A program made the translations under genes and the position numbers. Below are positions 32,863 to 41,698 of a stretch of 64,000 nt of DNA, in pieces. The stretch's first letter is position 1; every line of letters starts with the position of its first letter. The notes beneath the pieces were generated by a model that had not been told where the DNA came from, searched no databases, and saw nothing but the letters and a program-made list of their open reading frames with translations. The stretch comes from an uncultured Candidatus Saccharibacteria bacterium (GTDB lineage Bacteria; Patescibacteriota; Minisyncoccia; Phycocordibacterales; UBA2135): positions 7,951-71,950 of the forward strand of contig CAYGCZ010000001.1 in the NCBI GenBank assembly GCA_964348495.1, given 5' to 3'.

Positions 32863-33369
32863 ATGGAACACAAGCAGTACCGCACTAAACGAGGTTTTAC
32901 CCTCATTGAACTCCTGATCGTCATCGCGATTATCGCCATTCTTGCGGCCGTCGCCTTCGTCGCTCTCGATCCGCTCACGCGTTTTCGCGATGCACGCGAC
33001 TCTGCGCGATGGGCAGATATCACCGCGATCATCAACGCCATAAAAATCGATCAAGTCGATCATCGCGGTCAGTACATCTACAGCATCGCCAACGCAACCA
33101 CGAGCTGGACATTCCTTATTTCCGCCGCGACAACCACTTCAGGGTGCAATGTTACCTGTGACCAGGCAATCGCCACCTCCAGTTCGTGCCTCAACCTAAA
33201 CGATCTCGTAACGCGCGGATATCTTGGAGAACTGCCCGTCAGTCCTGACGGCGACCAGACATGGACTTCCACGCTCACCGGGTATTACATTCAAAAAAAT
33301 GCAACCGGCAACATCAAGATTGGATCTTGTGAGTCGGAAAATTCGAGCAGTGTCTCCGTCATACACTAG
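32863..33369 (+). CDS. type IV pilin paralog 2
   Basis: RG|FTLIELLIVIAIIAILAAV. Similar domain to 32189..32719, including DSARWADITAI and SCESENSS. Confidence 0.8.
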   Translation: MEHKQYRTKRGFTLIELLIVIAIIAILAAVAFVALDPLTRFRDARDSARWADITAIINAIKIDQVDHRGQYIYSIANATTSWTFLISAATTTSGCNVTCDQAIATSSSCLNLNDLVTRGYLGELPVSPDGDQTWTSTLTGYYIQKNATGNIKIGSCESENSSSVSVIH

Positions 33370-33459
33370 CAGTGTATTCAACATTAAGCCCCTCTGCCAA
33401 AAATCCGCACGAGTGTGCGGATTTTTTGAAGAGCATGCGACGTTTGCTATACTGTCTCT

Positions 33460-34008
33460 ATGCCGAACGAAGAAGAACATACGCTTGAACATGTCGTGCG
33501 GGAGGCATCTCACGGACAGCAGAGGGATGTCGGGGCGGATTTTCGGCGTCGAACACGCCTTTTTGTCGGTGTCATCCTGTTCATCATTATGGTATGTATC
33601 CTCTCGGTGAACCCGCTTCGCAAACTGCGCGAGGGACGCGATTCAGCTCGATGGGTTGATGTGACGGCACTTGTGAATGCCGTGCAGATCGATCAGGTCG
33701 AGCATCGTGGTGCATATTTGGAACCTATTGGTGCAATCGAAAATGGCGTGCCGCATATGATCATTCAAGGTGATGAAGCATCGGGTTGCGCCATGCACAC
33801 ATGCGACTCATTCATTCTTGCAGATGCCGCTTGTGTCAATTTGGAGGGATTGGTACGAGGTGGCTATTTTGCTTCATTGCCGATAAGTCCCGGCGACGGA
33901 TGGTCCAAGGAAGCGACCGGCTATTATTTGATCAAGAATATGGCGGGTACCATTACCATCGGCGCATGTGAATCGGAAGTGGGCGATGAGATTGTTATTA
34001 CCAAATGA
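33460..34008 (+). CDS. pilin paralog 3 with degenerate prepilin signal (possible pseudo-pilin or decaying copy)
   Basis: Conserved body GRDSARWVDVTALVNAVQIDQVEHRG...GACESE, but the N-terminus RTRLFVGVILFIIMVCILS lacks the G-F-T-L-x-E motif. Confidence 0.5.
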   Translation: MPNEEEHTLEHVVREASHGQQRDVGADFRRRTRLFVGVILFIIMVCILSVNPLRKLREGRDSARWVDVTALVNAVQIDQVEHRGAYLEPIGAIENGVPHMIIQGDEASGCAMHTCDSFILADAACVNLEGLVRGGYFASLPISPGDGWSKEATGYYLIKNMAGTITIGACESEVGDEIVITK

Positions 34009-34149
34009 TATTTCCTGCGAGTTTTCCACAAGGACAGGATGAGGATTACGTTCCTTGTAGAAATAGTGTCCGCTATGTATACTGTAAGGACTCATTCGTA
34101 GGTAGGGCTTTTAGATGACCTGTTCTGACGATCGAGATAATAAATACGT

Positions 34150-34446
34150 ATGGATACACAAAAACGCCAGAAGTTCCAAGGGAATTGGACATGCAGCGGC
34201 TGCGGTGCCGCTATTACAGAGCTTCCGTTCGAACCCCGCAATACGGACAACCTTATGTGCTACGATTGCCACGGCAAGCGTTTAGGCGCAGAGCGTGGTG
34301 ATCGTCCGGCACGTCGGAATGATCAGACGTTCGAGGGTAATTGGAATTGCAGCTCATGCGGCGCATCAATCAACAAATTGCCTTTCCAGCCCCGCGATAC
34401 CAGCAACCTCAAGTGTCTCGGTTGCTTCAAGCAGAATCGCGGCTAG
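34150..34446 (+). CDS. tandem zinc-ribbon protein (2 x F-x-G-N-W-x-C-S-x-C-G-A-x-I-x-x-L-P-F-x-P-R-x-T-x-N-L-x-C-x-x-C)
   Basis: Internal duplication with four CxxC pairs. Unknown function. Confidence 0.5.
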   Translation: MDTQKRQKFQGNWTCSGCGAAITELPFEPRNTDNLMCYDCHGKRLGAERGDRPARRNDQTFEGNWNCSSCGASINKLPFQPRDTSNLKCLGCFKQNRG

Positions 34447-34465
34447 TTTATATCGCATAGCTCGT

Positions 34466-34497
34466 AACACAAAAGCGCCATAAGGCGCTTTTGTGTT
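34466..34497. terminator. bidirectional terminator
   Basis: aacacaaaagcgcc-ataa-ggcgcttttgtgtt between convergent genes. Confidence 0.7.
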
Positions 34498-35569
34498 AAC
34501 GAATATTTGTTTCCAATTTTGGTAACGTATCAACAGGTACGGCTTTGAAGGTGATGCGTCCGAGCGTCTGCCCGCGCTCGGTGGCCACCTCTACGCGCCA
34601 CAGTCCCGGCTCCATGTTGTTCTTGATGCTGTACCCGCGGTAGCCATCGTCGCGTCCTCCTGAAATAGAGAAAGGTATGACACTCGTCGGCACCCATACA
34701 CCCGCGACTTCGTCATATACGAGCCATGTGTGGGTGATCGTACCCGTGATCTTCGTGGGGGCGAAGACCGAGCTGAAGGCGTAGAGTGGCCTTCCCGGGA
34801 CATACTGCACCCTAAGGCCGGTGATGCGGGCATGCCATGGGTGGTGTTCGCCCGTTACGATGAAATCGCCATCGGATGCACGCAAGGCACTCTGATAGAT
34901 GCCGAGGTCCTTTAATGAGAGGGGAATAGGGGGAATGATATTGGTGAAGTAGAGGAGGTTGAAGACCATGTAGATACTTATCAAGGTTACCGCGGTCATG
35001 CCGTAGGGTTGGCGGACGCCTCGCGGGGTGCATGCCTTGATGACGGCAATGACGAGGCGAATAAAGATCAAGCTCACAATGCCGCTTACAATAAAGATAC
35101 CGGGGCCGATCATCCCCACGATGATAGGAATAAAGAATATAAAGAATGAAAAGACCGAGACGAACAAGATACCGATCTGGAATACCATTTGTCGGTAGCG
35201 GTGCTTGATGTACTCGTTGCCGAAGAAGAGGATGATGAGGATAATATAGAATGGCCAATTGGCGAGGATCGTACCGCTCTTGGAATAGAAGATGATGTAA
35301 CCTGAAAAAAGACCGCCGAAGGCGTACTGCATGAAGTACACCATGATCTGTCTGAAGCGTCCCGTTGGAAAGGCGTTCAAGAGGATAATAGAAGTCGTGG
35401 CGATGCCGAGATAGGCGAAGAGGATGACGTGTGAGAACCAGACATCAATCCGTGTGAGGGTGAGGTTATCTACGATAAAACCGGCGAGCAGTGCCGCCAC
35501 CGTAAGGTGCCGTTCATTCTTGACGGCGAAACCCTTCAGCGTAGTGAGTGCCGATGAGAACATCCTCAT
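34496..35569 (-). CDS. polytopic membrane protein with C-terminal soluble beta-rich domain (unknown function)
   Basis: About 8 predicted TM segments, then a ~130-aa hydrophilic C-terminal domain. Confidence 0.5.
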   Translation of the reverse strand: MRMFSSALTTLKGFAVKNERHLTVAALLAGFIVDNLTLTRIDVWFSHVILFAYLGIATTSIILLNAFPTGRFRQIMVYFMQYAFGGLFSGYIIFYSKSGTILANWPFYIILIILFFGNEYIKHRYRQMVFQIGILFVSVFSFFIFFIPIIVGMIGPGIFIVSGIVSLIFIRLVIAVIKACTPRGVRQPYGMTAVTLISIYMVFNLLYFTNIIPPIPLSLKDLGIYQSALRASDGDFIVTGEHHPWHARITGLRVQYVPGRPLYAFSSVFAPTKITGTITHTWLVYDEVAGVWVPTSVIPFSISGGRDDGYRGYSIKNNMEPGLWRVEVATERGQTLGRITFKAVPVDTLPKLETNIR

Positions 35570-35651
35570 TCCATGCAGTGTAGCATGGAACGTACGTATC
35601 GTTGGAGTGCATAATTTGACAAATGCAACTAAGTTGCATTACTATGAACAG

Positions 35652-36077
35652 ATGACCGCCGCATCGCATCTCCTTACACCCTTGAAACAAAAAGGGTATC
35701 GCGCCAGTAAAACACGCACCGCCCTCGTCGATGCGCTTATTGCACACGGCAGTCCTTTGGCCGCCGCCGCCCTGCATACTGCCTTGCGTAAGCGGGGTGT
35801 CATCGCCGATAAGACGACGGTCTATCGTGAGATCGGGGTGCTAGTCCAAGAAAAGATCGCTCGCGAAGTTCATTTTTCCGACAACAAGCGGCGTTACGAG
35901 ATCGCCGACGAGCATCACCACCACGTCATCTGCATTGATTGCGATACCGTCGAGGATGTCATACTTCCCGACGACATGGCGCACGAAGAGCACGTCATAA
36001 GCAAAAAGACCAATTTTACTATCATGCATCATACTGTCGAGTTCTACGGACGGTGCGGCGCATGCACATCCCGCTAA
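35652..36077 (+). CDS. zur: Fur-family metalloregulator, probably Zur
   Basis: HHHHVICIDCDTVEDV...C..C. Lies directly upstream of znuACB. The start was taken at ATG 35652 inside the longer ORF. Confidence 0.8.
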   Translation: MTAASHLLTPLKQKGYRASKTRTALVDALIAHGSPLAAAALHTALRKRGVIADKTTVYREIGVLVQEKIAREVHFSDNKRRYEIADEHHHHVICIDCDTVEDVILPDDMAHEEHVISKKTNFTIMHHTVEFYGRCGACTSR

Positions 36078-36090
36078 CTTTCATCTCATC

Positions 36091-37029
36091 ATGACCATTC
36101 GCCCATCTGTATTCATCGGCACCCTCTTCGTGCTCGGCGCCGCCGCGCTCTTTGCTTCGCTTGCCCACCTCGGCCCTGTGCGCACCGATGATCAGCGGGT
36201 GGGTATTCATGCGACCGCCAGTTTTTATCCGCTCTTTTATCTTGCGCGCGAAATAGCGGGCGAGCGGGCGAGCGTATCGTTCATTGTGCCACCCGGCGCC
36301 GAGCCGCACGACTATGAGCTCACACCACAGGATATGATACGTTTGCAAACGAGCGATATCGTCATTCTGCAAGGCGCAGGGCTTGAGCCGTGGCAAAACG
36401 ATGTCGAGCATGCGCTCAATGATCATCGTACGACAATCGTCATAGCCGGCGAAGCCAGTGCCAATCGCATATTTGAAGACGAAGATGGTAATAACGTTAC
36501 TGATCCGCACACATGGCTTTCTCCTAAGCGCGCCCACACGTTGGTCGATGCGATTCTTGCCGGCTTTGTGAAGGCCGATCCTGCATTCGCCGATGCATAT
36601 CGCGCGAACGCGGCCGATCTCACGGCGCGCCTCGCCGCTCTCGATGCCGAGTACGCAGCAACCCTTGCATCGTGCCGCCGCTACGAGATCGTTACTTCGC
36701 ACAGCGCCTTTGGCTACCTGGCGGCCGACTATGGTTTGGAGCAGGTATCCATAGCGGGGCTTTCGCCCGAGGAGGAGCCCTCTCCCAAGGCTCTCGCGGA
36801 GGTCGCGCGTTTCGCGCGGGCTCATGGCGTAACCCACATCTTCTTTGAAACATTGGTCGCCCCCGATCTTGCCGAGACGATTGCCCGCGAAGTGGGTGCA
36901 CAGACCCTGGTCTTAAATCCGATCGAAGGGCTGACTCATGCCGAACTTGCCGCGGGCAAGGATTATATGACCGCGATGCGCAGTAACCTTGCGCATCTCT
37001 CAACAGCACTTTCATGCACGATTCAATAA
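36091..37029 (+). CDS. znuA: zinc/manganese ABC transporter substrate-binding protein (TroA/ZnuA family)
   Basis: HDYELTPQD...DPHTWLSP motifs. Confidence 0.88.
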   Translation: MTIRPSVFIGTLFVLGAAALFASLAHLGPVRTDDQRVGIHATASFYPLFYLAREIAGERASVSFIVPPGAEPHDYELTPQDMIRLQTSDIVILQGAGLEPWQNDVEHALNDHRTTIVIAGEASANRIFEDEDGNNVTDPHTWLSPKRAHTLVDAILAGFVKADPAFADAYRANAADLTARLAALDAEYAATLASCRRYEIVTSHSAFGYLAADYGLEQVSIAGLSPEEEPSPKALAEVARFARAHGVTHIFFETLVAPDLAETIAREVGAQTLVLNPIEGLTHAELAAGKDYMTAMRSNLAHLSTALSCTIQ

Positions 37030-37796
37030 TACCCAACAATGCGGAAATTGTTCTGGAACTCGACCGCATCTCTTATGCCTACGGTGCCGATGAGGTGGTC
37101 CATGATATTTCTTTTTCTGTGTATCGGGGCGACTACCTCGGCATTGTCGGCCCCAACGGTGCCGGCAAGACGACCTTGCTCAAAATCGTGCTGGGGCTTA
37201 TCAAGCCCGACAAAGGGACCATTCGATTCTTCGGCGTACCGCAGGAGCGCTTTAATGCATGGCACAAGATAGGATACGTCGCGCAGAAGGCGACCTCATT
37301 CGACTCTTCGTTTCCCGCCACGGTCGGCGAGGTGGTGCTGATGGGCACTTATCCGCGACGCGGTATCATGCGCCGGACTACGCGCGAGGATCGGACGGCG
37401 GCCGATTTCGCTCTCTCTCGCGTCGGCATGGAGGAATACAAAGACCGCTTGATCGGCGACCTCTCCGGCGGCCAGCAACAGCAAGTCTTCATTGCGCGAG
37501 CGCTCGCCGGCAAGCCGGAGATACTCTTTTTGGATGAGCCGACCGTAGGTGTTGATCAGCAGTCGCGCGAAGAGTTCTACGCCCTCTTGCGCCGGTTGAA
37601 TACAGAGTTTTCACTGACCCTTGTTCTCGTCTCGCACGATATCGACGTCGTCGCGCGCGAGGCCAACTGCATCGCCTGCGTTGATCGCGGGCTCGTCTGT
37701 CACGGCACCCCCGAGCAATTTCTCGCCGATACCAGCCTGCGCGGGCGCTTTGGCGACGTGAAGATCATGACCCATACCCATAATCACTCCGCATGA
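37014..37796 (+). CDS. znuC: metal ABC transporter ATP-binding protein
   Basis: GPNGAGKTT, LSGGQQQ, LDEPT. Confidence 0.9.
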   Translation: MHDSIIPNNAEIVLELDRISYAYGADEVVHDISFSVYRGDYLGIVGPNGAGKTTLLKIVLGLIKPDKGTIRFFGVPQERFNAWHKIGYVAQKATSFDSSFPATVGEVVLMGTYPRRGIMRRTTREDRTAADFALSRVGMEEYKDRLIGDLSGGQQQQVFIARALAGKPEILFLDEPTVGVDQQSREEFYALLRRLNTEFSLTLVLVSHDIDVVAREANCIACVDRGLVCHGTPEQFLADTSLRGRFGDVKIMTHTHNHSA

Positions 37797-38596
37797 ACTT
37801 TTTAGATATTTTTTCCTACGCCTTCATGATACGCTCGCTTGAAGCGGGTGTCGTGGTCGCCGTCATCGCACCGCTCATCGGCATCTTCTTGGTCTTGCGG
37901 CGCTACTCGCTCATCGCCGATACGCTCGCCCACGTCTCACTCGCGGGTATCGCGCTTGGCGCACTCCTTGGTGTAAACCCCATCCTGACGGCCGTCGGCG
38001 TAACCGCCGTATCATCCCTCGGCATGGAGCAATTACGCCTTTCAAAGCGAGTCTACGGAGAATCCGCGCTTGCGCTCTTTCTCTCCGGCAGTCTTGCATT
38101 TGCCGTCGTACTCATCGGCTTTGCGCGGGGCATTTCTGCCAACCTGTCGAACTACCTGTTTGGGAGTATTGTAACGGTGACGAACGAAGACGTAATCCTG
38201 ATCGGCGCCCTCGCCGCCATTATCATTACCGTGCTCGCTCTCTACTACAAGGAATTAGTCTATATCAGTTTTGACGAAGAGGCGGCGCGCGTCGGCGGCA
38301 TACCCACGCGGGCGATGAACACCGTCTTTTTGCTCCTTGCCGCCCTCACCGTTGCACTCGCCATCCCCATCGTCGGCGTGCTCCTCATCTCGGCGCTTAT
38401 CACCATCCCTGTCGTAACGGCGCTCCTGGTGCGCAAGAGTTTCTTACAGACTCTGATCTACGCAGAGGCGATCTCCGTCGGCTCGGTCGTCTCCGGCATC
38501 ATCACTTCCTTTTATATGGGCACCGCCGCCGGCGGTACGATCGTCCTCATTATGCTCGCCGTCTTCTGCCTCGTCTTTTTTACACGGCGGGCATAA
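37793..38596 (+). CDS. znuB: metal ABC transporter permease
   Basis: ABC-3 family permease with 8 TM segments; overlaps the znuC stop. Confidence 0.88.
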   Translation: MNFLDIFSYAFMIRSLEAGVVVAVIAPLIGIFLVLRRYSLIADTLAHVSLAGIALGALLGVNPILTAVGVTAVSSLGMEQLRLSKRVYGESALALFLSGSLAFAVVLIGFARGISANLSNYLFGSIVTVTNEDVILIGALAAIIITVLALYYKELVYISFDEEAARVGGIPTRAMNTVFLLLAALTVALAIPIVGVLLISALITIPVVTALLVRKSFLQTLIYAEAISVGSVVSGIITSFYMGTAAGGTIVLIMLAVFCLVFFTRRA

Positions 38597-38657
38597 TACC
38601 CGGAACGCAAAGCATCTTCTGCACCAACGTCTATGTCAAATTATCAACATATTTTGC

Positions 38658-39395
38658 TTGATTTTTTTACAAATTTCGTATACACTTGCTCGTATGAGCA
38701 TGTATATACGAAAAATTAAAGAACTGCGTACAGAAAAAGGTCTGAGTCAAGCACAGGTTGCGGGGGCCATTGGCGTATCACGCCCAACTTACACCGCCAT
38801 TGAGGCAGGCAAACAAAAACTTGATCTTGATGAGGCGCAGAAGCTCGCCAGTCTCTTGGGTATTGATGTTTCAATGCTCGTCTCAGGTACTGTTCCCGAC
38901 ATGGAAAAGTACAAACAGATGATCCTTGCCTACCTGCGTATGGATCTCTCATCAAAAAAAGATGGTAAGGTTCCCAAGACAAAACTGGCAAAGCTCCTCT
39001 ATCTAGCTGACTTCGCATGGTTCTACGAGCATTTGGAAAGTATGAGTGGTATGCAGTATCGCAAAATTAATTATGGCCCGGTTCCCGATCTCTTTTTTCG
39101 CGCGCTTGATGAGATGGAGGAGGGGGGTAAGATCATTGTCGATCGAAAGCCAGATGATAACGGTCGTCCGATGTTTTTGATCAGTGAGGCGGATAGTAAT
39201 AGGAATGAACAAACCCGCCTCCTTTCCAAAGAGGAACAGAAGCTCATGATCACTATCGCCAAAAAGTGGAAAGATAAAAAAACAATCGATATCGTTAACT
39301 TTACGCACAACCAGTTACCCTACGCGCTATGCAGGGGGGATGAGTTGATACCGTATGAGCTGATCACGCAAGAGGATCCTGATAAGGTGTATTGA
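38658..39395 (+). CDS. HTH (XRE-family) fused to Panacea/DUF4065 (SocA-like) antitoxin domain
   Basis: HTH LSQAQVAGAIGVSRPTYTAIEAGK. DUF4065-like KLAKLLYLADFAWFYEH...YRKINYGPVPD. A more likely start is ATG 38694 or 38700. The region is AT-rich. Confidence 0.7.
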   Translation: MIFLQISYTLARMSMYIRKIKELRTEKGLSQAQVAGAIGVSRPTYTAIEAGKQKLDLDEAQKLASLLGIDVSMLVSGTVPDMEKYKQMILAYLRMDLSSKKDGKVPKTKLAKLLYLADFAWFYEHLESMSGMQYRKINYGPVPDLFFRALDEMEEGGKIIVDRKPDDNGRPMFLISEADSNRNEQTRLLSKEEQKLMITIAKKWKDKKTIDIVNFTHNQLPYALCRGDELIPYELITQEDPDKVY

Positions 39396-39799
39396 TTATG
39401 GAAGGGAATTATTCGGTGCGGATTGAACATTTTGCAGAGGGTCATTTTATCAAGAGCTTTCGCAAAAAATATCATGCGGCATGGGAGGTGACATGGCGCG
39501 CCATTGATGCACAGTTGGCTCGTATTGACGCGTTGTTGGAGACGGAAAAAGCAGATCACATCGTCGGTGATGATGCGATAAAGATTATAAAAACACAATT
39601 CAAAATCGCCGGTACGCAAGAATCGACCAAAAGTTCAGGTAATCGTTGTATTGTGGCATGGCACACAGATGAACGATATGTGGTTGTGTTGTTGGTGTAT
39701 GGAAAGACGGATTTAAGCGGAAAACATGAGACGGCAGAATGGCAAGGAATCGTGAAAAAGAATTATCCTCAGTATAGGCGACTGTTTAACGGGTGCTAA
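39392..39799 (+). CDS. unknown 135-aa protein translationally coupled to the Panacea gene (candidate toxin)
   Basis: ATGA overlap with the upstream gene. No confident family; the C-terminal beta-rich segment CIVAWHTDERYVVVLLVYGKTD is faintly RelE/ParE-like. Confidence 0.4.
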   Translation: MIMEGNYSVRIEHFAEGHFIKSFRKKYHAAWEVTWRAIDAQLARIDALLETEKADHIVGDDAIKIIKTQFKIAGTQESTKSSGNRCIVAWHTDERYVVVLLVYGKTDLSGKHETAEWQGIVKKNYPQYRRLFNGC

Positions 39800-39844
39800 T
39801 GCCGCACACTTTCGTCTGGTCCCATAATCCCTTATACTGTCAGC

Positions 39845-41338
39845 ATGGCAATAACCTTCTATAACTCCCTAACGCGGCGGGAGGAAACATTCTCACCTCT
39901 TACGGAGGGTGCTCCCGTTGGCGTCTATGCCTGCGGGCCGACGGTCTACAGCGATGTAACCATCGGCAATTGGCGCACGTATTTTCTCACCGATGCCGTG
40001 GTGCGTATTCTGCGTGCTGGCGGGTACTCCGACCACTTCATCACCAACATCACCGACGTAGGGCACCTCACGGGCGACAACCTCGGCGATGCCGATACGG
40101 GGGAGGACCGGTTGGAAAAGGCGGCGCGCGAACATCAGGAGACGGCGAGGGATATCGCCAATCGTTACTTTGAGCGTTTTAAGGAGGAACGGCGTCTACT
40201 CAATTTAATTGATCCAAATGAGTTTACCCGTGCTGCGGATGATATTTATATCAAGGCACAAAAACAGCTCATTGAAACCCTCTACAAAAATGAATATGTA
40301 TACCTCACTTCCGATGGACTATATTTTGATGTTGCTAAATATGAATCAAAGTATTCCGATTATAGTGTCCTTTCAGGTGCGCGAGCGGAGGCCTCGCATG
40401 TTGCGCGTATAGATGAGAACCCGGAAAAGAAGGATTACCGTGACTTCGCTTTGTGGAAGTTCAGCCCCAATGACGTACAGCGTGAGATGGAATGGGAATC
40501 GCCGCTTAAGGAGGAACTGAATATAGTAAAGAAAGGATTCCCTGGCTGGCACCTTGAGTGCTCGGCGATGAGTATGAAGCACTTGGGCGAGCAATTTGAT
40601 ATTCACATCGGCGGTGAGGATTTGCGACAGACACATCACCCCAATGAGATAGCCCAGTCGCAGGCGGCGACGGGCAAGACCCCTTTTGTGAAGTATTGGC
40701 TCCACAGCGCCTTCCTTTTGGTTGATGGCGGCAAGATGGGCAAGAGCTTGGGCAACGCCTACACCCTCACCGACATTCAAGAGCGTGGCATAGACCCGAT
40801 GGCCTTGCGCTATCTCTTTTCGCAGACGCACTATCGAAAGCAACTTAATTTTACATGGGAGGCGTTGCGTGCGGCTGAGACGGCGTTGCATAGATTGTAT
40901 GCACACGTTGCCGAACTATATAGTACGGTGGGTGACTCCCGTCATTCAGTAGAAGCGGGATCTGATTCGTACGGATATTTTATTGATGCGGTATGTGGTG
41001 ATGTAAATATCTCCGCCGGTCTGGCGGAGTTGAGCATCCTTTTAGGGTACTCAGACACTCAGATGGGTGCAGCTCAAAAACTCAAAACGGTACTTAAGAT
41101 GGACGAAGTACTCGGTTTCAATATCAAAGAACGCATGAAGACGTTTCTACCAATCCCACTCGATGATCTCCCAGACGATATTTGCGATAGTATACACAAG
41201 CGTGCGACGGCTCGCGCCGAGAAACGCTGGAGCGATGCCGATGCCCTGCGCGATGATCTCGCTGTGCGCGGGTATAGTGTAAGCGATACGAACGAGGGGC
41301 AGGAAGTACGTCGCCGTGTGGACAACACTATGGCGTGA
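39845..41338 (+). CDS. cysS: cysteine--tRNA ligase
   Basis: CGPTVY...HIGN-type motif, KMGKS, and zinc-binding Cys/His residues. Confidence 0.93.
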   Translation: MAITFYNSLTRREETFSPLTEGAPVGVYACGPTVYSDVTIGNWRTYFLTDAVVRILRAGGYSDHFITNITDVGHLTGDNLGDADTGEDRLEKAAREHQETARDIANRYFERFKEERRLLNLIDPNEFTRAADDIYIKAQKQLIETLYKNEYVYLTSDGLYFDVAKYESKYSDYSVLSGARAEASHVARIDENPEKKDYRDFALWKFSPNDVQREMEWESPLKEELNIVKKGFPGWHLECSAMSMKHLGEQFDIHIGGEDLRQTHHPNEIAQSQAATGKTPFVKYWLHSAFLLVDGGKMGKSLGNAYTLTDIQERGIDPMALRYLFSQTHYRKQLNFTWEALRAAETALHRLYAHVAELYSTVGDSRHSVEAGSDSYGYFIDAVCGDVNISAGLAELSILLGYSDTQMGAAQKLKTVLKMDEVLGFNIKERMKTFLPIPLDDLPDDICDSIHKRATARAEKRWSDADALRDDLAVRGYSVSDTNEGQEVRRRVDNTMA

Positions 41339-41373
41339 TGAGGCGTGCCATACGATAATGGAGGAGGGGGTGT

Positions 41374-41634
41374 TTGTACATAGTTATGAAAACATTACAT
41401 ATCGTCGCGTTCTTGTTGGTCATCGTCGGAGGTCTTAACTGGCTTGCCGTCGGTCTCTTCGGGTGGGACATCGGAGCATTTTTAGGCGGTCAGGGTGCGC
41501 TTATACCGCGCATCATCTACATCGCCGTTGGTGTCTCCGCGATCTACCTGATCATTACCCACAAGAGCACCTGCAAAGGTTGCATGGCGATGGGCGACAA
41601 GCCTTCCATGCCCATGATGAAGCAGGGGATGTAA
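41374..41634 (+). CDS. DUF378-family small membrane protein
   Basis: Two TM segments with GLNWLAVGLFGWD. Confidence 0.7.
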   Translation: MYIVMKTLHIVAFLLVIVGGLNWLAVGLFGWDIGAFLGGQGALIPRIIYIAVGVSAIYLIITHKSTCKGCMAMGDKPSMPMMKQGM

Positions 41635-41649
41635 CCCATCCTGCGACCA

Positions 41650-41683
41650 ACAAAAGCACGCGCCCTATGGGCGCGTGCTTTTG
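41650..41683 (+). terminator. intrinsic terminator
   Basis: acaaaagcacgcgccc-tat-gggcgcgtgcttttgt. Confidence 0.65.
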
Positions 41684-41698
41684 TGCTACCATGGCAGG

